47,270 nucleotides of DNA, from the NCBI GenBank assembly GCA_050178385.1, contig JBFXGD010000007.1, positions 1-47,270 of the forward strand, read 5' to 3'. Under the pieces are notes generated by a model. It saw only the letters and a program-made list of their open reading frames with translations, was not told the DNA's origin and did not search any database. Source of the stretch: Calditrichaceae bacterium (GTDB lineage Bacteria; Calditrichota; Calditrichia; Calditrichales; JBFXGD01). Numbering within the stretch: position 1 is the first letter of the stretch; each line of letters begins with the position of its first letter. Both the position numbers and the translations under genes were made by a program. Of this stretch, positions 29,058 to 39,048 are shown one piece after another.

Positions 29058-29825
29058 TTATACCTTCTCAAAAAGCTCCATTGCCTCGTCACCATATTTT
29101 TTATGAATTCGAATCGTATAGATATCATGGACGATGTAATCCTTCGCCAGCATCACCAATCCTGAATTAGCAGTCCACACCGCATTGCAGGAGCCGTCTT
29201 CAAGAAAATGACCGACAATAACCTTTTTATCATCCACAATAAGTGTGATCCTCCTGCCGCCTCGTTCCAGACGGATATGATGTTCTCTCCCGTGAGGGAA
29301 CTCCTTACCGATTCCAAATGACTTTTTCCCAAAATGAACAATCGAAATCCGGACCCCGTTCTTTTCCGCCAGTTTTAGACTTTCGCCTATTTCATCCACC
29401 TCTTCATCCCAAACAGACAAATATAGCTGTTTGCTGCTTTGTGCGATGAATTCATTTACCTTGCGGAGAATGGTATCCCGGTCAGCAATATTCCAGATAT
29501 AATTATCAGACAACTGCTCTTCGGAGTAAACCTTATTCAGCTTGTCGCTAAGCTGATCAAGGGTATGCATATAATCCCCCTTAAACCTTGAAAGAATCTC
29601 ATCCGGCGAAACGGGGACATATTTTTTGGGTTCGGAGTCAATCGGCAAAATAACATCTTTATCAATCAGTTTATTTAATATCTGGTATATCTTTGACGCC
29701 GGTATGCCGGAATTTTTGGCCAGCTCGTATCCTGTCACATTGGATTGCTGCACCAGAGCAAGGTAAGCCTGTGACTCATATTGCGTGAATCCGATATTTT
29801 GAAGAAGCGAGATTATTTTTTTCAT
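29058..29825 (-). CDS. TrmB family transcriptional regulator
   Basis: GFTQYESQAYLAL, TGYELAKNSGIPASKIY HTH, C-terminal effector domain. Confidence 0.92.
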   Translation of the reverse strand: MKKIISLLQNIGFTQYESQAYLALVQQSNVTGYELAKNSGIPASKIYQILNKLIDKDVILPIDSEPKKYVPVSPDEILSRFKGDYMHTLDQLSDKLNKVYSEEQLSDNYIWNIADRDTILRKVNEFIAQSSKQLYLSVWDEEVDEIGESLKLAEKNGVRISIVHFGKKSFGIGKEFPHGREHHIRLERGGRRITLIVDDKKVIVGHFLEDGSCNAVWTANSGLVMLAKDYIVHDIYTIRIHKKYGDEAMELFEKV

Positions 29826-30055
29826 ATTGCCTGCATTAAATTTTTTTGAGTATATTGCCTACCAGAGTAGTTATTAATTTATGGATTCAATATTACTGTC
29901 ACAAGAGGAATTTGAAAATCTTTTTCCGGCCGGGCTTTTTTACTCACTAATTCAGTTGCCGGATATCAGGAATAATCAGTAACATATGTGGATTTTTATT
30001 AAAATAAGATTCAACTCAACTGCTTCTTGAAAGCCTAAAATATGCAGGAGTCATT

Positions 30056-31600
30056 ATGAAGTTAGCTAAAAATGTATTGGGTCGGGAAGTACCTGTCGAA
30101 ATAAACGGCAATAAAGCCATCCCGTTCCAAGGTATCGGTAAACATAAACCATCCGGGAGAAAAGCGGGGCCTCCTATTCCTTCCGGCGCGGATTATAAAA
30201 CAAAAGTATTGAAAAATATTGACGAAGCCCTGGACCGGTTGGAATTAAAAAACGGGATGACCATTTCTTTTCATCATCATCTGCGTAACGGCGATGTTAT
30301 CGTCAATCTGATTGTGGGTAAATTATCGGAGCGTGGTCTGAAAGACCTGGTTCTGGCGCCATCGGCTCTTTTCCCGGTCCATGAACCAATTGTTGATCAT
30401 ATAAAAAAGGGAACCGTTTCCCATGTACTCGGATCGATGAATGGCCCTATCGGAAAACTCTGCACTGTGGGTGGAATGAAAAAAACCGCCATTCTCAGAT
30501 CACACGGCGGGCGCTATCGCGCCATTCAGGACGGCGATCTTCATATCGACGCGGCATTCATCGCCGCTCCGACAGCGGATACTCACGGAAACGCCAACGG
30601 GGTGCACGGTCCATCCGCCTGCGGTCCGCTCGGCTTTGCCCTGGCCGATTCCCTTTATGCCGATAAGGTCGTGGTCATCAGCGATAATATCGTGCCCTTT
30701 CCCACCTATCCCTGGTCTATTGAAGGCGGGAATGTGGATTATGTAGTCCCTATAGCTAAATTAGGTGATCCATCGAAAATTGTTTCCGGTACCACACAGA
30801 TAGCCACCGAACCCGATCGTCTTAAAATCGCCTCCATGGCCGCTCAGCTTGTCCGTGATACCGGTCTTATATATGAACCTGAGTTTTCATTTCAGGCCGG
30901 CGCGGGAGGAATGTCTCTGGCATTTATTCAATATATCGCCGATTATATGCGCGAAAAGAACATTGTCGCCGACTTTGTCCGCGGCGGGTCCACGCAGCTT
31001 CTTGTCAACATGCTTAAAGAGGGAATGACCCGGTTTATTCTTGACGGTCAATCGTTTGACCTCGCCGGTGTTGAATCTCTCCGGAATAATCCGAATCATA
31101 TCGAAACCAATCCGTTTGTTTCATATAACTATCATACCAAGGGATGTTTTGCTCCCAGGGTAAAAGCATCCGTGCTCGGGGGGACAGAGGTAGACCTCGA
31201 TTTTAACGTAAATGTCAACACGCACTCTGACGGATGGCTGCTGCACGGGATCGGCGGATTCCAGGATGCAGCCGATGCTTATATGACGATTATAACAGCA
31301 CCATTGTACCGCAAAACGAATCCGATAGTTGTCGAACGGGTTCACACCATTACCGCCCCCGGTGAAACGATTGACGCCATCGTAACTGACCACGGCATTG
31401 CCATCAATCCCAACCGCAAGGATCTGCTTGACCGTCTCAAAAAGAGTGATCTGCCGATCGTCTCCATCGAAGAATTACATGAGAAAGCCATTGGATTCAC
31501 AGGCAAGCAGGAAAAACCAAAGACAAAAGACAACATAGTCGCGGTGATAGAATGGCGGGATGGAACGGTCATTGATTCAGTTCGGGAACTGGATATTTAG
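30056..31600 (+). CDS. citF: Citrate lyase alpha subunit / citrate CoA-transferase
   Basis: TISFHHHLRNGD, RSHGGR, FQAGAGG, GTEVDLDFNVNV, VIEWRDGTVID. Confidence 0.92.
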   Translation: MKLAKNVLGREVPVEINGNKAIPFQGIGKHKPSGRKAGPPIPSGADYKTKVLKNIDEALDRLELKNGMTISFHHHLRNGDVIVNLIVGKLSERGLKDLVLAPSALFPVHEPIVDHIKKGTVSHVLGSMNGPIGKLCTVGGMKKTAILRSHGGRYRAIQDGDLHIDAAFIAAPTADTHGNANGVHGPSACGPLGFALADSLYADKVVVISDNIVPFPTYPWSIEGGNVDYVVPIAKLGDPSKIVSGTTQIATEPDRLKIASMAAQLVRDTGLIYEPEFSFQAGAGGMSLAFIQYIADYMREKNIVADFVRGGSTQLLVNMLKEGMTRFILDGQSFDLAGVESLRNNPNHIETNPFVSYNYHTKGCFAPRVKASVLGGTEVDLDFNVNVNTHSDGWLLHGIGGFQDAADAYMTIITAPLYRKTNPIVVERVHTITAPGETIDAIVTDHGIAINPNRKDLLDRLKKSDLPIVSIEELHEKAIGFTGKQEKPKTKDNIVAVIEWRDGTVIDSVRELDI

Positions 31601-31645
31601 TTTTAACTTCTCATCAAAACGGAGCATGAGACTTTGGTATAAAAC

Positions 31646-31677
31646 AAAAGAGGCCATCTAACAGACGGCCTCTTTTT
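31646..31677. terminator. Bidirectional intrinsic terminator
   Basis: AAAAGAGGCC-ATCTAACAGAC-GGCCTCTTTTT between convergent genes. Confidence 0.85.
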
Positions 31678-31688
31678 ATAAAAACAGA

Positions 31689-32240
31689 TTATTTCTTTTT
31701 GCCTGCTATTGAATTTTTCTTTTTTGCTTTACGCTCGAGATAATCCGGGTGAGATGTCAGATTGTGCGACATGAACACATGCTGAATTTCATTCCCGAAT
31801 CCCTGCTGTTTAAAGAATTGAATCGCCGCCTTATTGCTTTTTTCCGTATCGACAATCATCATCCTGGCCCCCTCTTCGATAAACTTATCCCGAAGCCGAC
31901 TGGTTAACCGTTTTCCTATACCCTGTCTTTTTATATCCGGTTCAACACCCAACCAGAGTATCCACCCGTAACTCCATGCGCTGTGCCTTTTTGTAATAAA
32001 AGTCCCCAAAACAAAACCGGCGAAAACATCATCCAATTCGGCGACAAGACAGAAATCGCCATCTGAGGCAAATAATCCTACAATCTCATATTCATCCCAG
32101 GTGCGGTGAAGGTTCGGCCATTTTTCGGCTGTAAACAATTTTTCACCAAGAGCAAATACTGCCGGAAGGTCCTCCAGCTCCATTTCCCGAATATATACAT
32201 TTCCTGCCAGACCTTTTTTCTTACCTGTTTTCGTAGCCAT
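31689..32240 (-). CDS. GNAT family N-acetyltransferase
   Basis: LGVEPDIKRQGIGKRL, NKAAIQFFKQQGF; start uncertain. Confidence 0.9.
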   Translation of the reverse strand: MATKTGKKKGLAGNVYIREMELEDLPAVFALGEKLFTAEKWPNLHRTWDEYEIVGLFASDGDFCLVAELDDVFAGFVLGTFITKRHSAWSYGWILWLGVEPDIKRQGIGKRLTSRLRDKFIEEGARMMIVDTEKSNKAAIQFFKQQGFGNEIQHVFMSHNLTSHPDYLERKAKKKNSIAGKKK

Positions 32241-32458
32241 AAATTTCCCATGATAGTTCCACATCAACAATTAAGTCAATCAACTTTGAATATTACTCAA
32301 AAATAACGCCTGATCAAGACAAATCTTTCCCAAATTTTGATTCTTTTCTAAAGAATACCCAAAAATATTCATTTTTTCGAAATATAATTTGATTGACAAA
32401 AGTTTGGCAGATTTAAGAACCAAAACAATTAATTTTGTTGATTTTTGAGGAGTATTTT

Positions 32459-33166
32459 ATGCGATTTAATATATATCCTGTTTTATTGTTAATATTTTTA
32501 TTTGTCAGTACCGTGCTTGCCGATCGTAGAAGTTACGTTTGGACCTATCAGTACATGACCCTTCCGGCGGGATTAACTGAACTGGAGTTTTACCAGACCA
32601 CACGCCTGAGCGATACCGATCTGTGGGAATACAGAATCGAAATAGAACACGGTTTCACCGACCGGTGGGATTTTTCCGTTTATCAGATTTTTAGTCAGCT
32701 TGAAGATGAAGCTTTAAAATGGGATGCTGTGCAGTTTCGCACCCGGTACAGAATCGGGGAAGTGGATCAGTATTTCATGGATCCCCTTCTTTATCTGGAA
32801 TACCGTCGAAAAACTGACTTTAGCGAAGCCAACAAACTGGAAGCTAAACTCATTCTCTCGAAAACAATCTCAAAATTTAATCTCGCAATAAATCCCGTCT
32901 ATGAATATTTCTTCGCTCCGGGTGAGGAACATGAGGCCGGACTCGATACCGGACTTTCCTGGGAATTCAGTCCTAAATTTGTGGCCGGATTGGAATCAAC
33001 CACCCGATTTGAATTCAAAGATTCAGAAACTGAAATAGGGAGTTATCTCGGACCGACAGTGTCATTTGCTTCCGGCAACTGGTGGTACACAATAGGCGCG
33101 GCCTGGGGGCTGACCAGTGATTCTGATGACGCCAGGGTACGATTTTTAATGGGTATTGAGTTATGA
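32459..33166 (+). CDS. Small outer-membrane beta-barrel protein
   Basis: GAGGAG RBS; signal peptide; alternating aromatic strands; C-terminal VRFLMGIEL. Confidence 0.75.
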   Translation: MRFNIYPVLLLIFLFVSTVLADRRSYVWTYQYMTLPAGLTELEFYQTTRLSDTDLWEYRIEIEHGFTDRWDFSVYQIFSQLEDEALKWDAVQFRTRYRIGEVDQYFMDPLLYLEYRRKTDFSEANKLEAKLILSKTISKFNLAINPVYEYFFAPGEEHEAGLDTGLSWEFSPKFVAGLESTTRFEFKDSETEIGSYLGPTVSFASGNWWYTIGAAWGLTSDSDDARVRFLMGIEL

Positions 33167-33426
33167 CAAAGTTTTCCGGGTTTTTCATATTATTGCTGTC
33201 CGCCGGAGTGATCCTGCATTGTTCTGCATCGAAACAAAACCAAAAACCAATTTCTGAAGGGGAGCAATTATTCAAGGCAAAATGCCGGTCCTGTCATACA
33301 CTACCAAAGCCTGAAAAATTTGATGACAACGGGTGGGTTCCGGTAGTGACCAAATACGGAGAACGGGCCAAACTGAATAATGAACAGATCAGACTCATTA
33401 TTAAATATTTACAGGATCATAACTAA
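33163..33426 (+). CDS. Monoheme cytochrome c lipoprotein
   Basis: Lipobox-like ILHC; GEQLFKAKCRSCH; ATGA overlap with the barrel gene. Confidence 0.82.
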   Translation: MTKFSGFFILLLSAGVILHCSASKQNQKPISEGEQLFKAKCRSCHTLPKPEKFDDNGWVPVVTKYGERAKLNNEQIRLIIKYLQDHN

Positions 33427-33550
33427 TTTAAAAAAAATTCGGAGATATGAGAATATTTCCGGATTTTTTTTCGTTATGACGTCATCACTCGATTTTTGTC
33501 GGGGGAGGCACGGCTGTAACGTCTGAATTTTCAGCGTTGCAGCTTTATTT

Positions 33551-34588
33551 TTATTGAGCGTGATTGTATTCCGGGCTGTTGATGTTTTGTATCCGGACAC
33601 GATATTCAGCTTCAGATATTTTATTCTTCCAGTGACCGGACAGCATTGCGGCACCGGTACCAAGCATAAAAACTCCAACAATAATTACTCCATACACCCA
33701 AACCGGTATCGACTTAGACTTCTTAGTAATTTTGAACTGGAGGGCCTCGTCAACCGGGCATGCGGTAATACACTCGCCGCAGGCCATACATTCGTCGGAA
33801 TATACGCGGTTCGCCTTATGCACCTGAATCGAAGACGGGCAGACTTTTGTACATTTTTTGCAGTCGATACAAGTTTCTTCATCTCTTGTGACTTTAACCG
33901 GACTAAACATGCTTAAAAATCCCAGCAGCGCCCCATAAGGGCAAAGATACCGGCACCAGAAATTTTTTATAATCACTGAGAGAATAACAAGAATAAGAAT
34001 TGTCCACATGGCAAATTCACTGATGTTTGCAAAAAACAGCAGCATTTTAACATCAGCCAGCTTGTTGTAGGGACTTTCAATAAACATTTTAAGGGCAAAT
34101 TCGTTCATTCCCAGTAATATGGCGTTCGCGAAGAATATCAAAATAAGATACTTTAATGATCTCAGAGGGTAATCTATCCATTTAGGCAGGGCAAAAGTTC
34201 TTCCAAATATTTTCTGCCCAAAATTCCAGAGCATTTCGGAAATAAAACCGACGGGGCAGATCCAGCCACAGAATCCTTTTTTTAAAAAAACCGCGGTAAA
34301 AACAAAAATCAGGAATAACACAAGAGCCGAAGGATGAATCATGCTGAACTCCCCGCTCAGAAGCCAGTATTTGAAGCTTACCAGAGCGCCGATCGGGAGG
34401 AATCCTTCCACACCGGGAGGCCTTTCAAAACGCGCCGTCTGCCCTCCGCTTAGGTGATACTGGACAAATCCGTAGAATTCATATCCGATCCACAAAATCA
34501 AAATCAGAAACCCGATCTGCACACAAAAACGGACATTCTGGCCATCCCTCAGCCAGTGATATATATCTAAAAACATCTTCTTAATCAT
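33551..34588 (-). CDS. Membrane 4Fe-4S binding protein (NapH/MauN/YccM-like)
   Basis: FCGWICPVG, WCRYLCPYG, CxxCxxCxxxCP twice. Confidence 0.9.
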   Translation of the reverse strand: MIKKMFLDIYHWLRDGQNVRFCVQIGFLILILWIGYEFYGFVQYHLSGGQTARFERPPGVEGFLPIGALVSFKYWLLSGEFSMIHPSALVLFLIFVFTAVFLKKGFCGWICPVGFISEMLWNFGQKIFGRTFALPKWIDYPLRSLKYLILIFFANAILLGMNEFALKMFIESPYNKLADVKMLLFFANISEFAMWTILILVILSVIIKNFWCRYLCPYGALLGFLSMFSPVKVTRDEETCIDCKKCTKVCPSSIQVHKANRVYSDECMACGECITACPVDEALQFKITKKSKSIPVWVYGVIIVGVFMLGTGAAMLSGHWKNKISEAEYRVRIQNINSPEYNHAQ

Positions 34589-34904
34589 TTTAATCCACCG
34601 ATCAACACATAATTACTATAACATGGTAGCAATTTAATTATCAGGTCAGATTTTTGCAATAAAATAAAAAATTAAAAGAAATAATCTCATGCACATTTGA
34701 TGAAAACAATTCGGCTTATTCTTATTAAGATGTTCATGATATTTTAGAACAGGCATTCAGGAAGGTACATCATCAGCCATCTCCCATGAAACGACTAAAT
34801 TCGATTTTTATCCTGTTTCAGGCATTTATTCCTGTTGAATTAATTACTTCATGTTTATATTTTGCATCTTATCTTTGTGGAATTATTATGGATTCACGAA
34901 AAAT

Positions 34905-35606
34905 ATGAAATTTAAAAACAAGCTAATCGAAGGAACTCTGATAAAAAGATATAAACGGTTCCTTGCCGATGTAAAATTAACTGATGGAAACTTTTTAACC
35001 GTTCATTGCCCCAATTCAGGCAGCATGAAAACCTGCAAAGAACCCGGCTGGAAAGTGATGTTAAGTGATTCCGGCAATCCCAAACGTAAATTTCGTTTTA
35101 CATGGGAAATGGTGCATAACGGTTTCTGCTGGATCGGCATCAACACCCACCTTGCCAATCGTATCGCCGTTGAGGCTGTTCAGAATGGATGGATTCCTGA
35201 GCTACAAGGCTATGATGAACTCAAAACAGAGGTTGGATACGGTAAAAACAGCCGCATCGATATTCTTCTCAACAGTAATCAGCGCTTTTGTTATGTCGAA
35301 GTAAAAAACGTGACCCTGGTTGAAGATGACGGCTACTACAAATTTCCAGATTCGGTGACTGTACGCGGACGAAAGCATCTCTATGAGCTTGCTGATATGG
35401 TCAAACAGGGGCACAGGGCGGTGATGCTGTATGTCATTCAACGGAGCGACGGAAGCATCTTCCGGCCGGCCGCGCATATTGATACCGCTTATTCAGAAAG
35501 CCTTAGAGAAGTTCATCGGCTCGGAGTAGAAATTTTACCCTACCGCGCTGATGTCACCCCCGGGGAAATAGAATTAAAACACAAAACAGATTATTTTTTA
35601 GGATAA
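34905..35606 (+). CDS. sfsA: DNA/RNA nuclease SfsA (sugar fermentation stimulation protein)
   Basis: KRYKRFLADV, HCPNSGSM, SRIDILL, YVEVKNVTL, FPDSVTVRGRKHL. Confidence 0.95.
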   Translation: MKFKNKLIEGTLIKRYKRFLADVKLTDGNFLTVHCPNSGSMKTCKEPGWKVMLSDSGNPKRKFRFTWEMVHNGFCWIGINTHLANRIAVEAVQNGWIPELQGYDELKTEVGYGKNSRIDILLNSNQRFCYVEVKNVTLVEDDGYYKFPDSVTVRGRKHLYELADMVKQGHRAVMLYVIQRSDGSIFRPAAHIDTAYSESLREVHRLGVEILPYRADVTPGEIELKHKTDYFLG

Positions 35607-35610
35607 AATT

Positions 35611-36402
35611 ATGTCCAAAAGATACGGTTTTACCGAAGAATTTGAAAAAATACGCGAAAATCTGCATTTTATTCTGGTCTCGCCTGAATTTCCCGGAAAT
35701 ATCGGCGCCGTGGCCAGGGCGATCAAAACCTGCGGTTTTAAGAAACTCATTCTTGTGAATCCCTGCGACCTGAATCATCTTGATTTGAGGATGATGGCTC
35801 ATCGTTCCATCGATATTATTGAAAACGCCAAAATAGTTGACTCATTCGATGAAGCCATATCCGATATGTGTCTTACCGTAGGCACGACAATGAGAAATCG
35901 TCACTTTAAATTCCCTTTCATTGACCCGAAAGAAACCGCGCTCCGGCTCCAGGATGTTGCGCGTCAACATCCCGTCGGCATCGTATTCGGCAGAGAAAGA
36001 ACCGGACTGACCAATGAGGAACTGACCAAATGCCATCTGCATTCCAGCATTGCCACCGCTACCCAAAACCCGGCTTTAAATCTGTCACAGGCGGTTATGA
36101 TTTACGCTTACACTTTCTTTGATTTACATAATACGGTAGAAAAAAGTTATTCTTATGATCTGGCGTCTCAAAACGAACTCGAAATTTATTATGAGCATCT
36201 GATCGACTCAATGAAGCGGGTAAATTTCGTTCCCCGTGACGGATACGACAAATTTATCATCCGGGTTAAACGGATGCTGGGCAGGTCCATGGCGGAAAAA
36301 CGCGATGTGAGGCTACTCCACAAGTTGCTGCAGATTTTTGAAACCAGGATCACCGATCTTGAAAAAATGTGTCAAAATCATGATAAAAGAGATATATTTT
36401 AA
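35611..36402 (+). CDS. trmJ: SPOUT RNA methyltransferase, TrmJ/LasT family
   Basis: PGNIGAVARAIK, VFGRERTGLTNEEL, LNLSQAV. Confidence 0.85.
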   Translation: MSKRYGFTEEFEKIRENLHFILVSPEFPGNIGAVARAIKTCGFKKLILVNPCDLNHLDLRMMAHRSIDIIENAKIVDSFDEAISDMCLTVGTTMRNRHFKFPFIDPKETALRLQDVARQHPVGIVFGRERTGLTNEELTKCHLHSSIATATQNPALNLSQAVMIYAYTFFDLHNTVEKSYSYDLASQNELEIYYEHLIDSMKRVNFVPRDGYDKFIIRVKRMLGRSMAEKRDVRLLHKLLQIFETRITDLEKMCQNHDKRDIF

Positions 36403-36571
36403 CAATCCATCGCTGTTCACTGTGGTTCGGACTTAACTATTTTCTTTCAATTCCAAGGAATTTGATTCATAAAATCTACGTTATTTCAGAATGAAAGTGA
36501 TCAAAACATTTTGTTCTGAAAGTGTTTAATTTTGTTACCGTAGTTCATATAATCAAAAATTGAGGTAAAAA

Positions 36572-37093
36572 ATGGCAAACATTCCTGAAAATCTTGAAGA
36601 TATTTTAAAAAAATCAATTCAGCTTGAGGAAGATGGAAAAAAGTTTTATCTGGAGTCGGCAAAAAAGATCAAAAATTCACTAGGCAAACGGATGCTGGAA
36701 CGTCTCGCGGCAGATGAAGTTCATCACATCGAACGGATCAAGGAAATTTATGAAGCGATTACCGATGACAAAGTGGAAAACTTTGTTGTATCCGATGCCA
36801 ATCCCGTGTCTTTTGACGATATTTTTAACCGGATGAAAGAACAGCTTCAGGACGCGGTTGAGGAAATGTCTGAAACCGGAGTGGATGACGCGGAGATGAT
36901 CGAAATGGCGCTCGAGCTTGAACATCACGGTCACTTTTTTTACGCTGAGGCGGCAAAGAAGGTAAAAGGCAAAAAGGTAAAACAGTTCTATGAAATGCTG
37001 GCTGAAGAAGAAAAAGCTCACTACGACGTACTGAGAAAAACACACAGCTTCCTTGAAGATCCCGGTCTGTTTTTCGGTATGGCTCATCATTAA
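36572..37093 (+). CDS. Ferritin-like / rubrerythrin-domain protein
   Basis: Two E...FY...LAxxExxH repeats. Confidence 0.88.
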   Translation: MANIPENLEDILKKSIQLEEDGKKFYLESAKKIKNSLGKRMLERLAADEVHHIERIKEIYEAITDDKVENFVVSDANPVSFDDIFNRMKEQLQDAVEEMSETGVDDAEMIEMALELEHHGHFFYAEAAKKVKGKKVKQFYEMLAEEEKAHYDVLRKTHSFLEDPGLFFGMAHH

Positions 37094-37121
37094 GAAAAAG
37101 CCGGTTCACGCCGGCTTTTTC
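37094..37121. terminator. Bidirectional intrinsic terminator
   Basis: GAAAAAGCCGG-TTCACG-CCGGCTTTTTC. Confidence 0.88.
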
Positions 37122-37140
37122 TATTATAACTCCGCTTTTA

Positions 37141-38214
37141 TCATTCCACCCAATCAGCGATAAAAACATTTGTGTCTCTCGGATTCCGGTTAAAACGGTT
37201 TGAAGCAAACACCAGTTTCTTGCCGTCGTGCGTAATCATCGGGAAACCGTCAAAATTGTCAAAAAAGGTAATTTGCTCTAATCCCGTTCCATCTTCATTA
37301 ATCATCCAGATATTGAAATCCGGTTTACGCCGGTCGACACTGTTTAAATTCGAACAAAACAGGATGCGATTATTATCAGGATGATAAAACGGAGCAAAAT
37401 TGGCAAATTCGTTATCAGTCACCTGATGCTTGTTGTTCCCATCCGCGTCCATCACCCAAATCTGAAAGGCATTAGGTTCAATCAGTTCTTCTGAGAGAAA
37501 ATCCTTATACCTTTTAATTTCTTCATCGGTTTTGGGATGATAAGAACGGTACACAATTTTACTTCCGTCCCATGAGAAGAAGGGACCGCCGTCATAACCG
37601 ATTTCGGTTGTTAATCGTTTCAGATCACTGCCGTCAATATTCACAGTGTAAATGTCCAGATCACCGTCACGCATTGATGTGAATACTATTTTATCACGCT
37701 TTGGGGATATGGTTGCTTCCGCGTCGTAACCCGGCGAGGCCAAAAACGGCTCGGGATTACTTCCGTCAGAATTAGCGATATACAAATCAAAACTGTTATA
37801 AACTTTCCAGACATATCCCTTTGAAAAATCCGCTCGCGGTGGGCATTCGGAGCTTGTCGCGTGTGTTGAGGCGTATATGATTTTCTGATCACCCGGCAAG
37901 AAATATGAACATGTGGTTCTGCCTTTTCCCGTGCTGACCAGCGACTTGCCCGATCCATCAATATTCATGGTAAATATCTGATCACATTTATATTCTCCGT
38001 GAGCTGACTGGAATATCAGCCGCTTTTCATCGAAGCTAAAGTAGGCTTCGGCGTTTTCGCCTTCAAATGTCAGCATTCGAATGTTCTTCAGATGCTGTTC
38101 CCGCGCAAACCGGAGCGTATCCGCGTCAGCGACGGAAGATGACTTCTGATCACTATTGCCGCATGAGAACATGATAAACGAGATACTCATCATAATTAAT
38201 AATCGAATCATCAA
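37141..38214 (-). CDS. TolB-like PD40 beta-propeller lipoprotein
   Basis: Lipobox FSC; GENAEAYFS, GYDAEATISP, GYDGGPFFS, FDGFPM repeats. Confidence 0.88.
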   Translation of the reverse strand: MMIRLLIMMSISFIMFSCGNSDQKSSSVADADTLRFAREQHLKNIRMLTFEGENAEAYFSFDEKRLIFQSAHGEYKCDQIFTMNIDGSGKSLVSTGKGRTTCSYFLPGDQKIIYASTHATSSECPPRADFSKGYVWKVYNSFDLYIANSDGSNPEPFLASPGYDAEATISPKRDKIVFTSMRDGDLDIYTVNIDGSDLKRLTTEIGYDGGPFFSWDGSKIVYRSYHPKTDEEIKRYKDFLSEELIEPNAFQIWVMDADGNNKHQVTDNEFANFAPFYHPDNNRILFCSNLNSVDRRKPDFNIWMINEDGTGLEQITFFDNFDGFPMITHDGKKLVFASNRFNRNPRDTNVFIADWVE

Positions 38215-38288
38215 TCCCCCATTGTTATGTTCTACGAACTATTTTCGCTTTACGAGTCCAGATTATATCCATAATGGAAATATTATGC

Positions 38289-38320
38289 AAAAAAAAAGGA
38301 GATGCATTGGCACCTCCTTT
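38289..38320 (-). terminator. Terminator after the peroxiredoxin gene
   Basis: AAAGGAG-GTGC/GCAT-CTCCTTT stem followed by a U-run on the minus strand. Confidence 0.7.
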
Positions 38321-38342
38321 CACAACATTTTTAGACCAAATA

Positions 38343-38948
38343 TTAACCCATATTAGCGGAATAGGAGCCAAAATATTCTTTCAGCCCTTCCTGATCCGCC
38401 TTCATTGATTCTTTGCCTTCTTCCCAGTTCGCCGGACAAACCTCACCATACTTTTCAGTGAATTGAAGAGCGTCCACCATACGGATCATTTCATGAATAT
38501 TACGTCCAAGAGGCAGATTGTTGATGACGGCGTGCTGTAAAACACCTTCCCTGTCAATCAGGAACGATCCCCGCAAAGCCACTCCTTCATCTTCCAACAA
38601 AACGCCGTAGTCGCGGGAAATTGTCTTTGCAAAATCGGATACAAGCGGGTAGCGGATATCGCCAATTCCGCCGAGTTTCACATCCTGATTTTTCCAGGCC
38701 AGGTGGCTGAAATGTGAATCTGTTGACACGCCGACGACCTGAACACCACGTTTTTCAAATTCTGATAATTGATTGTTAAACTCTAGAATTTCCGTTGGGC
38801 ATACAAATGTGAAATCCAGCGGCCAGAAAAACAAAACTACATGTTTTCCACGGTAATCTTCAAGTTTGAAATTTTCGTTAAACGAATTATCCGGCATCAC
38901 AGCCGTTGCCTTAAATACAGGTGCATTTTTACTAACCATTGCAGGCAT
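38343..38948 (-). CDS. ahpC: 2-Cys peroxiredoxin (AhpC/TsaA)
   Basis: [21 protein letters not shown]. Confidence 0.93.
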   Translation of the reverse strand: MPAMVSKNAPVFKATAVMPDNSFNENFKLEDYRGKHVVLFFWPLDFTFVCPTEILEFNNQLSEFEKRGVQVVGVSTDSHFSHLAWKNQDVKLGGIGDIRYPLVSDFAKTISRDYGVLLEDEGVALRGSFLIDREGVLQHAVINNLPLGRNIHEMIRMVDALQFTEKYGEVCPANWEEGKESMKADQEGLKEYFGSYSANMG

Positions 38949-39048
38949 CTCAAGATACTCCTTATGTTTATTTAGTTCAGTTAATCAGTTATTGTCTATA
39001 TCCCGAACCCGGACCCGGACACCTGAATGCAACGATTAAATCGTTCAA

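Noticed and set aside
29859..29870. CTAC-CAGA-GTAG palindrome as a TrmB operator
   Set aside because: 4-bp arms are too short to distinguish from chance without comparative data.
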